The notes: generated by a model not told the origin, from the letters alone. A DNA stretch of 64,000 nt from Rickettsiaceae bacterium (GCA_021323225.1 JAJTCH010000003.1:1495-65494); one strand, 5' to 3'; positions 33,049 to 43,319 are shown, numbered from the stretch's first letter. Numbers and translations are program-made.

Positions 33049-33927
33049 ATGCATAAGAAGATTCTTGCGTCGAAAAAAAGAAAAGCATTCTCACTTGTCG
33101 AATTGGCCATAGTCATCATCGTTATCGGTCTATTGGTTGCTGCCGTTATTGGCGGTGCCAGCTTAACCAAAAACGCTACATTGCGTGGTGTAATCAGTGA
33201 AGCTAGAGGCTATCAAACTGCCGTAAACGCTTTTTATGAAAGATTCCAGGCTTTGCCAGGTGACTATAATCAAAATGTTGGTGGTTCATTTACCGCTCCT
33301 AATGTTGCTACTGTTCTTGGCAATGCTGATGGTAAAATTCAATTTTATGCTAATGCGGCTCTTGGTACTGCAACTAATCGTTTGGAAGGTAATCTTGCTT
33401 GGCAGCAATTGAAAAATGGTGGCTTTGTTGATGCTGTATTTACCCCTGGTAGTGCGAATACTGCTGCTAATGGAGAGATAGTGGCTAGTACTTATGTCTT
33501 GACACCTGGTCTTTCAATTACCGGCACGCCTACTGCTGGTGGTGCTAGTGGAATACCAACTTCAAAGCTTCCTAATTCGGGATGGGCATTTGATTATGTG
33601 CTTGCTAGCAATCAAAATCAGCTTATTCTTACTGGTACTGTTACTGCTCCTGCAATTGCTGCTAGTGCTGTAACAGTTCAAAATATGCAGCCAACAGGGG
33701 CTCTACTTCCAATTGACGCTCTATCAATTGATACCAAAATGGATGATACTGCGCCTAGAACTGGTAAGGTCAGGTCTGCGGGTGATGCCGATGGAACCTT
33801 AACAGCTAGCCCTACTGTTCTAGGTGATGGAAATGGTTTATCTGCTTGTAATGGCGCAACTACCTATACAACTTCTGCTACAACTACAGTTTGTGCTTTA
33901 TCATTCCAAGTTGATCCTGATATTTAG
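33049..33927 (+). CDS. Type IV pilin/pseudopilin-like protein (prepilin N-methylation motif), paralog 1
   Basis: Basic leader KKRKA|FSLVELAIVIIVIGLLV with Glu+5; LPGD, SIDTKMDD; C-terminal Cys pair. Confidence 0.88.
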   Translation: MHKKILASKKRKAFSLVELAIVIIVIGLLVAAVIGGASLTKNATLRGVISEARGYQTAVNAFYERFQALPGDYNQNVGGSFTAPNVATVLGNADGKIQFYANAALGTATNRLEGNLAWQQLKNGGFVDAVFTPGSANTAANGEIVASTYVLTPGLSITGTPTAGGASGIPTSKLPNSGWAFDYVLASNQNQLILTGTVTAPAIAASAVTVQNMQPTGALLPIDALSIDTKMDDTAPRTGKVRSAGDADGTLTASPTVLGDGNGLSACNGATTYTTSATTTVCALSFQVDPDI

Positions 33928-33994
33928 TTTGTCGGGAAATTTGGTTTTTCTTTAACCGATTTATTTAAGTTTAATTATCTCACTTTCTATTTAT

Positions 33995-34813
33995 ATGCAT
34001 AAAAAAACTTTTACTCCTAATAGAAAAAAAGCATTCTCACTGATTGAGTTGTCAATAGTCATCATCATCATTGGTTTGTTGGTTGCTGGTGTTGTTGGTG
34101 GGGCCAGCTTGGTTAATAACGCTCAACTTCGCACCATTATGAACGAAGCCAGGGGTTATCAGACAGTAGTTAACGCCTTTTATACAAAATATAATTCTCT
34201 TCCAGGGGATTATAATAATGCGATAGGAACCGCAAATCCAGCTGCCAGTACGAGCGTTGGCAACCTTGATGGTGTTCTTAATTATATAAACGCCCACGCC
34301 ACTGCCACTACTGGACGTATAGAGAATAATGTAGCTTGGCAACAATTAAAAAATGATAGTTTTATAACCGATTCATTTACTCCTGCCACCACTGATATAG
34401 TCTCTTCGGCTTCTCCAGCATTAGTTGCTGGTACTAATGCTCCTGCTTCGAGAAGTAAAAATGGCACTTGGACATTTGATAATATAACTTTAACTGGTAC
34501 AGGCACTCCTAATCAAAATGTAATTGTGCTATCTGCTGGTGTTCCAGCTGGTGCAAGTCTTGGTACTGCAGCTGTGTCTCTGACTGCTCTTGTTGTTGGT
34601 GGGTCTGGTGCTTCTGCTACTAATAATTCTCAATTAACTCAAACTGATGCCGCATCAATTGATGTTAAAATGGATGATGGTATAGCGAACCTTGGCAAGG
34701 TGAGTTCTCTAGTTCAACTTACAAATAACAATTGCAGCTCTGGTACTACCTATACACTTACTTCAATTTATAAGGCTTGTTCTTTGGCTTTCCAGGTTGA
34801 TCCTAATTCTTAA
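33995..34813 (+). CDS. Type IV pilin/pseudopilin-like protein, paralog 2
   Basis: RKKA|FSLIELSIVIIIIGLLV; same conserved blocks as paralog 1. Confidence 0.88.
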   Translation: MHKKTFTPNRKKAFSLIELSIVIIIIGLLVAGVVGGASLVNNAQLRTIMNEARGYQTVVNAFYTKYNSLPGDYNNAIGTANPAASTSVGNLDGVLNYINAHATATTGRIENNVAWQQLKNDSFITDSFTPATTDIVSSASPALVAGTNAPASRSKNGTWTFDNITLTGTGTPNQNVIVLSAGVPAGASLGTAAVSLTALVVGGSGASATNNSQLTQTDAASIDVKMDDGIANLGKVSSLVQLTNNNCSSGTTYTLTSIYKACSLAFQVDPNS

Positions 34814-34832
34814 TTTTGGTTTTAACTAATTT

Positions 34833-34870
34833 AAAAACCCCGCAGGTCTTGATGGCTTGCGGGGTTTTTT
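34833..34870 (+). terminator. Rho-independent terminator (probably bidirectional)
   Basis: AAAAACCCCGCAGGTC-ttgat-GGCTTGCGGGGTTTTTT hairpin with T tract after the pilin pair. Confidence 0.88.
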
Positions 34871-34886
34871 GTTATCTAGTGTAAAA

Positions 34887-35162
34887 ATGAAAAGTGATAA
34901 ATTGCTAATATCTGCAATAAATTTTCTATCACCGTTGGTTTTGCTTTGTGCCTTTTTTGTGTTGGCTGATTATGTTAATAACGGTTTTTTTGCCGTTTTT
35001 TATTCAGCAATTTTAGTTTTATCTTCATTTGCGATTTATTCTCTGAGATTTTTTGAACTAAAACTTCCTTCTCTTACCTTTGTTAATAGCCTATCTAAAA
35101 TTGGTGCCTTTATTGCCATGATTTATCTAATAGCAATTCTTTTGTTGTTGGTTGGAAATTAA
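34887..35162 (+). CDS. Small hydrophobic membrane protein, possibly a degenerate MnhB/MrpB-like protein
   Basis: ATG 34887; 3 hydrophobic segments; the track start at 34857 lies inside the terminator. Confidence 0.55.
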   Translation: MKSDKLLISAINFLSPLVLLCAFFVLADYVNNGFFAVFYSAILVLSSFAIYSLRFFELKLPSLTFVNSLSKIGAFIAMIYLIAILLLLVGN

Positions 35163-35224
35163 ATTTTTCTTTATAGACTCTAGGGCCTGTCTTCTTCCCC
35201 ACTTTACTTATCCAGAACATCAAA

Positions 35225-36643
35225 ATGACCGTAAAAACTTTATATGATAAAATTTGGGACTCGCATCTTATTGACGATGACGGTTCCAGCCAATTACTTT
35301 ATGTTGATCGCCAATTAATTCATGAAGTAACATCGCCTCAGGCTTTTGAAGGTTTGAGAATGGCTGGCAGAAAACCTAGAAATCCATCCTCTCATTTAGC
35401 GGTTGCAGATCACAATGTGCCAACTACAAATGCAGATCGTGGTCATGGAACTTCCGGCATCAAAGATAAAACTTCACGCATTCAGGTTGAAACCCTGGAA
35501 GCTAATTGCAAAGAATTCGGCATAAAATATTTTGACTTGGATGATAAAAAACAGGGTATTGTTCATATTGTTGGCCCGGAACAGGGATTGACTCAGCCAG
35601 GTATGGTGATTGTTTGCGGAGATTCCCACACCTCAACCCACGGCGCTTTCGGCGCTTTAGCTTTTGGTATTGGCACTTCAGAAGTGGAGCATGTTTTAGC
35701 TACCCAAACTTTGATTCAAAGACGTGCTAAAAACATGTTGGTAAAAGTTGAGGGAAAAACTGGTTTTGGCGTCACTGCTAAAGACATCATTTTGGCCATT
35801 ATCGGCAAAATCGGTACTGCCGGCGGCACCGGATATGTAATTGAATATGCTGGTGAAGCAATCAGTAATTTGTCGATGGAAGGCAGAATGACAATTTGCA
35901 ATATGTCAATTGAAGCTGGCGCTAAAGCTGGCTTAATCGCGCCTGATCAAATAACTTATGAATATTTAAAAAACCGCCCGATGGCGCCGCAAGGTGAAGA
36001 TTTTGACAAGGCGGTTAAATATTGGGAATCACTAAAATCAGATCCTGATGCTAAATATGACCAAACAATAATTCTAAAAGCTGCAGAAATTGCTCCGCAA
36101 GTAACTTGGGGAACTAGTCCAGAAGATGCTTTGCCAATTACTGCCAATGTTCCTTCCCCATCAGATTTTGCTGATCATGGTAAGGCGGAAGCAGTTAAAA
36201 GATCTCTGGAATATATGGGATTAAAGTCGGGAATGAAGCTGGAAGATATTGTGATTGATAAAGTTTTTATCGGTTCTTGCACTAATGGCCGGATTGAAGA
36301 TTTGCGTAACGCTGCCAAATTAGCCAAGGGAAAAAAGGTCGCCAAAAATATCAAATTGGCCATGGTTGTTCCTGGTTCTGGTTTAGTTAAAGAGCAAGCC
36401 GAAAAAGAAGGTTTGGATAAAATTTTTGTAGAAGCTGGTTTTGAATGGCGTCAACCTGGTTGCTCCATGTGTTTAGCAATGAATGCTGATCAATTGGAAG
36501 CAGGAGAGCGTTGCGCTTCAACTTCTAACCGCAATTTTGAAGGCAGACAGGGCAGGGGCGGCAGAACGCATCTGGTTAGTCCAGAAATGGCAGTTGCAGC
36601 AGCAGTTAATGGCAAATTAAGTGATGTTAGAAAAATGATCTAG
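35225..36643 (+). CDS. leuC: 3-isopropylmalate dehydratase large subunit
   Basis: [44 protein letters not shown] motifs. Confidence 0.99.
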   Translation: MTVKTLYDKIWDSHLIDDDGSSQLLYVDRQLIHEVTSPQAFEGLRMAGRKPRNPSSHLAVADHNVPTTNADRGHGTSGIKDKTSRIQVETLEANCKEFGIKYFDLDDKKQGIVHIVGPEQGLTQPGMVIVCGDSHTSTHGAFGALAFGIGTSEVEHVLATQTLIQRRAKNMLVKVEGKTGFGVTAKDIILAIIGKIGTAGGTGYVIEYAGEAISNLSMEGRMTICNMSIEAGAKAGLIAPDQITYEYLKNRPMAPQGEDFDKAVKYWESLKSDPDAKYDQTIILKAAEIAPQVTWGTSPEDALPITANVPSPSDFADHGKAEAVKRSLEYMGLKSGMKLEDIVIDKVFIGSCTNGRIEDLRNAAKLAKGKKVAKNIKLAMVVPGSGLVKEQAEKEGLDKIFVEAGFEWRQPGCSMCLAMNADQLEAGERCASTSNRNFEGRQGRGGRTHLVSPEMAVAAAVNGKLSDVRKMI

Positions 36644-36654
36644 CTCAGAATTTA

Positions 36655-37842
36655 ATGAACGGCAATAGACGACTAATCATCAATATCTTTTCCATTTATC
36701 TTTCGATTTTTTTGTCGTCCATTCCATTTGGCATGATTGCGGTTCTTATTGCAATCAAGATGGATAAATTTGTTGGCAATGAAACATTAATTTCCATTTC
36801 GGCAGTTACGCAAATCTGCGCCGGCATCTTCTTCTCCCGATATCTACCAAAATTTGCCAGAAAATTTGGCGTTATCAGAACCATCCAAATCTCCACCATA
36901 ACCGCTTCTATCCTCACCATTGTGATGTATCAATATCTGGGCTATTTAGTCTGGTTATTGACCATTTTTATTTTTGGCACCGCTCTTTTTGCTTTTTCAA
37001 TTACCAGACAATCTCTAACTCTCGATATTTCTCCACCGCATCGCAAGGCAATTATTGTTTCATCAGGCGGCATGTTGATGTCTTTTGGCAACGCATTAGG
37101 GCCAATTTTGTTGCAATATATTGGTCATGATGGGCTTTTGCCATATGTTATTGCCTCTCTATTTTATGTTTGTTCAATGCTGCCAATGTTTTTGTTTAGA
37201 GGGGAAAATGTTATTGTGAAGGAAAGTAAAAAAGTCGGCATTTTGAGATATATTAGGGTTTCTCCCAAAATCATGTTTGGTGGCTTTACTTTCAATTATG
37301 TCCAATCTTCCATCAATACTTTCTTGATCATCTATGGCATTAGAAGTGGAGTTAGTATTTCTCAAGCTTCGTTTCTATTCTCAGTTCTTCTGTTTGGCAC
37401 CATCTTTTCAATTCCGATGGGATATTTTACCGACATCATCAACCGACGTTTTTTAATTTTGGTTTCAACGGCTTTATCTTTTATCTGTGCGATTTCATTA
37501 TTTTTTACAAAAGATGTAAGTGTAATGGCAATTTTGTTATTTCTGCTTTTTGGTTTTATGGTTGGTATTAAATTGCCGGCATTAATTCTGATTAACGAGA
37601 AATATAGGCCAACTCAAAGACTGGCTGTAAATAGTGCTTTTGCAAAAATTTGTTTGATAGGAAATGTCTTTGGCATCTTTACCACTGGCTTCATCATGCA
37701 GATATTTGGCACTTCTGGTCTATGGATTTCAGTTATTTCAATATTGTTTTTATATTTACTTATCAGTATCCAGAGTTACTGGAAAAAATTTATTTCCAAA
37801 TCGCCAATCTTTGGCAAAATTTTTCTTAAACATAATTTTTAA
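36655..37842 (+). CDS. MFS transporter
   Basis: About 12 TM segments; motif-A-like GYFTDIINRR in the second half. Confidence 0.85.
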   Translation: MNGNRRLIINIFSIYLSIFLSSIPFGMIAVLIAIKMDKFVGNETLISISAVTQICAGIFFSRYLPKFARKFGVIRTIQISTITASILTIVMYQYLGYLVWLLTIFIFGTALFAFSITRQSLTLDISPPHRKAIIVSSGGMLMSFGNALGPILLQYIGHDGLLPYVIASLFYVCSMLPMFLFRGENVIVKESKKVGILRYIRVSPKIMFGGFTFNYVQSSINTFLIIYGIRSGVSISQASFLFSVLLFGTIFSIPMGYFTDIINRRFLILVSTALSFICAISLFFTKDVSVMAILLFLLFGFMVGIKLPALILINEKYRPTQRLAVNSAFAKICLIGNVFGIFTTGFIMQIFGTSGLWISVISILFLYLLISIQSYWKKFISKSPIFGKIFLKHNF

Positions 37843-37843
37843 A

Positions 37844-38740
37844 ATGAACTGCGAAAATACAAACCAATCAAATTGTAAAAACACCAAATGTCCAATCACT
37901 AAATTATGCTACAAAATAAAAAGCATTATTTGTTGCAAGTCCAAGGGAAACGTGGCTGTGGTTAACCTCCATGGTGTTATTGGAAAGGGTGGGAAAATTG
38001 ATCCGGGCATTAATATCGAAAATGTTGAACCGCTTTTAGAAAAAGCTTTTAGCACCAAGAAATTGAAAGCAGTAGCAATTAATGTTAACTCTCCCGGTGG
38101 CTCCCCGGTTCAGTCAGAGTTGATTTATAACAGAATCAGAGAATTGGCGCTTGAGAAAAAAATTCCAGTTTTCACTTTCGCCCAAGACGTTGCGGCGTCT
38201 GGTGGATATTTCATTTTATGCGCTGGCGATGAAATGTTTGCTCATGACGCCTCAATTATCGGTTCAATCGGCGTAATTTCTGCCGGTTTTGGTTTTCAAG
38301 AATTGATCAAGAAAATTGGTGTTGAAAGAAGAATTTATGCTGAAGGAAAAAATAAAGCAGTCTTAGATCCATTCTCTCCTGAAAATCCGGAAAATATCCA
38401 AATCCTAAAAGCTGCCCAAAAAGATGTTTATGAAAGTTTTAAAAATTTGGTTTTAGAAAAAAGGAAAGACAAATTAAGGAAATCTGAGGAAGAATTATTC
38501 AACGGTGCTTTCTGGTCCGGCAAAGCTGCAGTGCAGATTGGTTTGGTGGATGCAATTTCTGATATGAGAAAAGCTATGAAAGAGAAATTCGGCAAGGACA
38601 TTAAATTTATAAATATAGAGCCAAAAAAGAAGGGGTTGATCAAAGAGCTATTGTCAAATAAAATGAATGAGTTTGGTTTTGTCGAAGCTATAAGCGACAA
38701 AATCGAAGAAAAGGGAATTTGGGGAAGATTTGGATTATAA
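37844..38740 (+). CDS. S49 family serine peptidase (SppA/SohB-like) with Cys-rich N-terminus
   Basis: NSPGGSPVQS, AASGGY, SIIGSIGV, A...GLVD motifs; ATG 37844 just after the MFS stop. Confidence 0.93.
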   Translation: MNCENTNQSNCKNTKCPITKLCYKIKSIICCKSKGNVAVVNLHGVIGKGGKIDPGINIENVEPLLEKAFSTKKLKAVAINVNSPGGSPVQSELIYNRIRELALEKKIPVFTFAQDVAASGGYFILCAGDEMFAHDASIIGSIGVISAGFGFQELIKKIGVERRIYAEGKNKAVLDPFSPENPENIQILKAAQKDVYESFKNLVLEKRKDKLRKSEEELFNGAFWSGKAAVQIGLVDAISDMRKAMKEKFGKDIKFINIEPKKKGLIKELLSNKMNEFGFVEAISDKIEEKGIWGRFGL

Positions 38741-38888
38741 ATTTCTTCCCTCAAATATTTTAAAGATGCATCTTGGCTCTTTAAAAATCAGCAATTGCTC
38801 CATGAAATAAGGCAATTTCAATTTATAAACTGTTTTGCCTCATGGTGTGCTTTTGTTGTTAATCAAAGATTAAACACGGAGATTCTTT

Positions 38889-39470
38889 ATGAAAAAACTA
38901 AAACTAATTTTACTCATCACATCATTATTTTTCATATCATCTTGCGCAATCGTAGACCTTGTATGGCTTAGAAGATATGAGGATCCAGTAAGCCAATTTG
39001 TCACTGCAAAAAACGGCAGAGAAGTTGCCTTTATCGGCCAAAAATATCACTATATTTTCCCCGATAACAGCAATTTGATGAAGAGTTTACTATTCTGGAG
39101 AAACCACAATATTTTATATATAGATCCAAGACTGTCTCATTTAAGAATTGATTCTGAAAACAATATCGATGGACATATAATGATTAAAACCATCTTTACA
39201 GAGCTAAAGCCTGACGACAAAGCTCATCTAAAAGCCCTGGGTTTTGATCGGATGGAGAATGGATATTTATCGACAATCATGAAGGTGCATGGCAAAAGAT
39301 ATATTGCTGACGAAAGAAATAGCGAGCTAATGCTACTTAACACCTCCTATAATTTTAAAATATATTATAGCTGGGGTACAAAGTTGGGTATGCCTGACTT
39401 AAGCCCGATTTCCATCACACCTGATTCTATAATATGGCATGGAGAAAGGGCTTCTGAACTTTCTTTGTAG
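38889..39470 (+). CDS. Hypothetical lipoprotein
   Basis: MKKLKLILLITSLFFISSC lipobox; GGAG SD upstream. Confidence 0.75.
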   Translation: MKKLKLILLITSLFFISSCAIVDLVWLRRYEDPVSQFVTAKNGREVAFIGQKYHYIFPDNSNLMKSLLFWRNHNILYIDPRLSHLRIDSENNIDGHIMIKTIFTELKPDDKAHLKALGFDRMENGYLSTIMKVHGKRYIADERNSELMLLNTSYNFKIYYSWGTKLGMPDLSPISITPDSIIWHGERASELSL

Positions 39471-39557
39471 CGCTGCTAGGCAAGAATTTTGTCTATGATT
39501 TTCATGGGGATTGATACGTACAGCGATGTGTTAACTTCAAATTAGTATTACAATCAC

Positions 39558-41759
39558 ATGTCAAGAGGTAATTCCCCACTTTTCAGCTTCCGTCTTTCTC
39601 CACAAGAAGAAGAAACAAAAAAATCAGTAACAAAAAACTGGCAAAAGTTATTTAAAGACAATCCGACATTGTCAGATAGTCTTAAATGGCATTTAGAAAA
39701 TGAGCCGGAACAAAATCCTGGGGAGCAACTATATTCAATAATAAACTCTATAACTCCGTTAGATGCTTCTGAAGAAGGGAAGGTAAATTTTGGCAAGCAA
39801 CAAACTGAAAATTATAAATTATTTGAACAATTTATCGCAGAGAACCCGGGCATATTAGATGTCAAATTATTTCCTATTATAAAAGCTAAAAAGCACTCAA
39901 ATGAGCAGCTAACGGTTTTAAGTGCTGCTTTGGGTACAATGAAAATTTTGTCGCCGGACTTTGAGGGGCTGGCACTACAAATAATTCGCAATACAGATGT
40001 AAACAGGGTTGTAAGTGACAGATCCGATTCATATACGGCTCTGCAATATATGATAAAGAACAGAATATTTGGGCTTAAGGGGCAAGATAGGATTGAGTTA
40101 TTTGGAAGGATTATCAACGCTCTTTTCGACAAAGGAATGAATTGTGATATGCCGGCAATTCTTCGGAATTTTCATTCTCGGAATTCGGATCCTACTTATA
40201 TGTTCACTATAGCGGAAACCATGTTTAAAAGAGGTGATATAACTGGTTTTAAATATGCGTTGGACTTTATCTACTTACCACAAAATAAAGAACATTTTGA
40301 ATCGTCAGAGTCAAAAGATGATATGTCGGATGGTGTTGCAACCCCAAGATCTCTGGCTGAAGCTTTAACTCCACGTGCAAGAGCTTTTTCCAACTCAAGG
40401 AGAGGGCCTGGCTCTACCAAAGAGGGACAAATTGATAACTTTAAAAAAGAATTTGAGCAGCTAATCAAAAGCTATCTGGAGCGCGAGACAATGGTCAATG
40501 AACAGCCTCTAAATAAAGATCCTCTAACTAATATTTTTAAGGAATATTCAATAAAGAATAAATTAAGAGAGAAAGTAGCGGCAAATAGAGATAGGGATAC
40601 TCGGAAATATTTATCAGATAACGCGGAGAAAGATCCTGAGTTTTTGGAAAGGATGATCAAAGAAAGCAACTGCTTACACCAAGCAGCTAGCAAGGGATAT
40701 AAGCAAACCTTTGGTATTATTTTAAAATTTATTAGTGCAAAAACTTTATCGGAATGTCTTGATGAAAGTGGTCGCAATCCATTATCTCTTGCTTTAAGCG
40801 AGGGTAAAAAGATGGACTTTCTAACGGGCTATATCGATGCCATCAAAGAAAGATTTCAAAATGACCGGGAATTAGTTGTAATGCTTCTGAATCAAAAGGA
40901 TGAAAGTGGCAAAACAGCCTTTGATAATTATCTGGATCAAAAAACCATTCATAATGAAGTAGTGCAATATCTTTTGAATTTAGGGGCGGGGTTTTCAGCG
41001 GAAAGTAATCCCTTATTGTCTTGTGCGATAAAAGGAGAAAGCAAAACCCTGGCTTTATTATTGAGAAGTGAAAAATGTGACAAATTTGTAACTAATTTTT
41101 TAGTGAGAGAAATTTTTATAGAGGGAGAAAACAGGCAGCAAGTAATAATGGATTCTTTCATTGAGAGCATAAAAGAAATTAGCTCTGGCCCTAAAAGCGC
41201 TGGTCTTAAAGAAGCATTATCTGATCTAAACCTAAGGTCAATGGGCCTGATTGCAGCTCGTATATTGGAAGATATTGATGTGAAAAATGTTGGCGAGAAA
41301 CTTGATGCATTAAAGAGGGTATTTTTGGATCTTCCTGTTCGCAAAAAATCTTCTAATCCAAAAGAAGATAATTCTGAAGTGGAGGCTTTCGAGCTAGAGC
41401 AAAAAGAAGAGTCGGAAACTTCCAGTCCGGATGCAGAATCAGAAGAAGAGGGAATATATATAAAGCCAGATCAGCCTTATAAAGAGCCGGGAATTATTGA
41501 TTGTATGTTAAGTAAACTTCAGATTTTAAAATCAAATATATCAAAATCCGCAAATCCTGAGCCGGGATATAAAATATTAAGAAATTTTGTGGCGCTTATA
41601 AATGAAATGTCAGACAAATATAAAAACTCGTCATATAGTGATGACAAAATGAAAGAAGTTTTGGATGATGTGAAAGGGTTTCTGCCTCCCGATAAAAGCC
41701 CAAAGAATCCAAGTCTTGGTGAGACATTGAGAGCAATGAGAACAAGTAGATGGTTTTAG
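39558..41759 (+). CDS. Ankyrin-repeat-containing protein, putative secreted effector
   Basis: Ank-like units CLHQAASKG, DESGRNPLSLA, NQKDESGKTAF..EVVQYLLNLGA, NPLLSCAIKG..LALLL; acidic low-complexity segment. Confidence 0.75.
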   Translation: MSRGNSPLFSFRLSPQEEETKKSVTKNWQKLFKDNPTLSDSLKWHLENEPEQNPGEQLYSIINSITPLDASEEGKVNFGKQQTENYKLFEQFIAENPGILDVKLFPIIKAKKHSNEQLTVLSAALGTMKILSPDFEGLALQIIRNTDVNRVVSDRSDSYTALQYMIKNRIFGLKGQDRIELFGRIINALFDKGMNCDMPAILRNFHSRNSDPTYMFTIAETMFKRGDITGFKYALDFIYLPQNKEHFESSESKDDMSDGVATPRSLAEALTPRARAFSNSRRGPGSTKEGQIDNFKKEFEQLIKSYLERETMVNEQPLNKDPLTNIFKEYSIKNKLREKVAANRDRDTRKYLSDNAEKDPEFLERMIKESNCLHQAASKGYKQTFGIILKFISAKTLSECLDESGRNPLSLALSEGKKMDFLTGYIDAIKERFQNDRELVVMLLNQKDESGKTAFDNYLDQKTIHNEVVQYLLNLGAGFSAESNPLLSCAIKGESKTLALLLRSEKCDKFVTNFLVREIFIEGENRQQVIMDSFIESIKEISSGPKSAGLKEALSDLNLRSMGLIAARILEDIDVKNVGEKLDALKRVFLDLPVRKKSSNPKEDNSEVEAFELEQKEESETSSPDAESEEEGIYIKPDQPYKEPGIIDCMLSKLQILKSNISKSANPEPGYKILRNFVALINEMSDKYKNSSYSDDKMKEVLDDVKGFLPPDKSPKNPSLGETLRAMRTSRWF

Positions 41760-41835
41760 TTGCTAAACTTATGCAAGATTTTATTTTAATCGCAAATTAC
41801 TAATCACAATTTCCAACTTTAAAAAATAAAAATTT

Positions 41836-43107
41836 ATGACCTTCCCAGCAAAATCTCTTCACGAACAAGACAAAGAAATTTTTTCTTCCATCAAAAAAGA
41901 ACTTGATCGTCAGAAATATCAAATCGAATTGATTGCTTCTGAAAATATTGTTAGTCCGGCAGTGCTTGAAGCGCAAGGTTCAGTGTTGACCAACAAATAT
42001 GCTGAGGGTTATCCAGCCAAGAGATATTACGGTGGTTGTGAATTTGTTGATGAGGTTGAGGCTTTGGCAATTGACAGAATCTGTAAATTGTTTGATGCAA
42101 AATTTGCTAATGTGCAGCCGCATTCCGGTGCTTCTGCTAATTTGGCGGTTTATTTGGCGTTTTTACAGCCGGGTGACACGATTCTTGGAATGTCGTTAGC
42201 GGCAGGCGGACACTTGACTCACGGGGCGATGAAAACAATTTCCGGCATGTGGTTAAAATCAGTGCAATATGGAATTAGAACTGATAATGGTTTGATTGAT
42301 TATGATCAGATGGAAGCTTTGGCAAGAGAATATAAACCAAAAATTATCATCGCCGGCATTTCTTCTTATCCGCGAATTGTTGATTTTAAAAGATTCAGAA
42401 AAATTGCTGATGAAGTTGGTGCTTTGTTGATGGTTGATATGGCGCATATCGCTGGCTTGGTTGCTGCCGGCGTTTATCCTTCGCCGATGGAATATGCTCA
42501 TATTGTTACTTCCACAACTCACAAAACTTTGCGCGGCCCAAGAGGCGGCATCATTTTAACTAATGATGAAGAACTGGCTAAAAAAATTAATTCTGCTGTA
42601 TTTCCTGGTTTGCAAGGCGGCCCATTGATGCATGTAATTGCTGCTAAAGCCGTGGCTTTTGGTGAAGCTTTACAGCCGGAATTTAAAGATTATGGAAAAC
42701 AGGTTGTCAAAAATGCTAAAGCTTTAGCTGAAGTTTTAATTAAAAGAGGGCTTAAAATTACCACTGATGGTACTGATTGTCATCTGATGGTGGTTGATCT
42801 GACTCCACTTGTTGATCTAACCGGCAAAGAAGCGGAAAAAGTTTTGGAAAGAGCGGGGCTAACTTGCAACAAAAATGCCATTCCAAATGATCCAAGAAGC
42901 CCATTTGTAACTTCAGGACTTCGCTTCGGTACTTCAGCCGGAACTACCCGCGGCTTTAAAGAAACTGAATTCAAACAAATCGGTAATTGGATTTGCGATG
43001 TGTTAGAGGGTTTTGTTAAAAATGGTGAAGAAGGAAATAAAGGATTGGAAGCAAAAGTTAAGGCTGAAGTTAGAAAGCTTTGTGAGCAATTTCCGATTTA
43101 TAGTTAA
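41836..43107 (+). CDS. glyA: Serine hydroxymethyltransferase
   Basis: [35 protein letters not shown] motifs. Confidence 0.99.
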   Translation: MTFPAKSLHEQDKEIFSSIKKELDRQKYQIELIASENIVSPAVLEAQGSVLTNKYAEGYPAKRYYGGCEFVDEVEALAIDRICKLFDAKFANVQPHSGASANLAVYLAFLQPGDTILGMSLAAGGHLTHGAMKTISGMWLKSVQYGIRTDNGLIDYDQMEALAREYKPKIIIAGISSYPRIVDFKRFRKIADEVGALLMVDMAHIAGLVAAGVYPSPMEYAHIVTSTTHKTLRGPRGGIILTNDEELAKKINSAVFPGLQGGPLMHVIAAKAVAFGEALQPEFKDYGKQVVKNAKALAEVLIKRGLKITTDGTDCHLMVVDLTPLVDLTGKEAEKVLERAGLTCNKNAIPNDPRSPFVTSGLRFGTSAGTTRGFKETEFKQIGNWICDVLEGFVKNGEEGNKGLEAKVKAEVRKLCEQFPIYS

Positions 43108-43110
43108 TCT

Positions 43111-43219
43111 AGTTTCTGTAATTGATTTCACACGCTCGGTGTATTATGACTGAGAGGCTATCGCTAGAAGCAGGGGTCTCCCGGATATAATGACGACATG
43201 AAATTCCTGCACTAAAACT
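43111..43219 (+). other. 109-nt imperfect rod-like inverted repeat (candidate structured RNA or degenerate palindromic element)
   Basis: Nested pairings AGTTT/AAACT, GATTTCA/TGAAATT, TATTAT/ATAATG, CTGAGAGGC/GTCTCCCGG, CTA-tcgc-TAG; several mismatches are G-U on the + strand. Confidence 0.45.
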
Positions 43220-43227
43220 TCCAACGC

Positions 43228-43262
43228 CATCATTGCAAGGAGACGTAGGCGACGCGGCAATC
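43228..43262. repeat. Truncated left arm of an RPE-like palindromic element (GTCATTGCGAGGAGCG..GCGACGCGGCAATC type)
   Basis: CATCATTGCAAGGAGACGTAGGCGACGCGGCAATC; the complementary arm is absent. Confidence 0.55.
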
Positions 43263-43319
43263 AAGAAAGATTAGCAAAAAGACAGAAGAAGTGGGCTATA
43301 AATAGTTTAAAAACAGATT

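Noticed and set aside
33049-34813. DGR, shufflon or silent-cassette antigenic variation at the pilin pair
   Set aside because: No reverse transcriptase, recombinase, near-identical template repeat or truncated silent copy; both genes are complete and diverged throughout
37664-37843. Long N-terminal extension of the S49 ORF given in the track
   Set aside because: Overlaps the MFS gene by about 180 bp; ATG 37844 immediately after the MFS stop is the better start
43111-43219. SRP 4.5S RNA call
   Set aside because: Lacks the CAGG-NCC-GNRA-GGN-AGCAG helix 8 signature; kept only as an unassigned structured element
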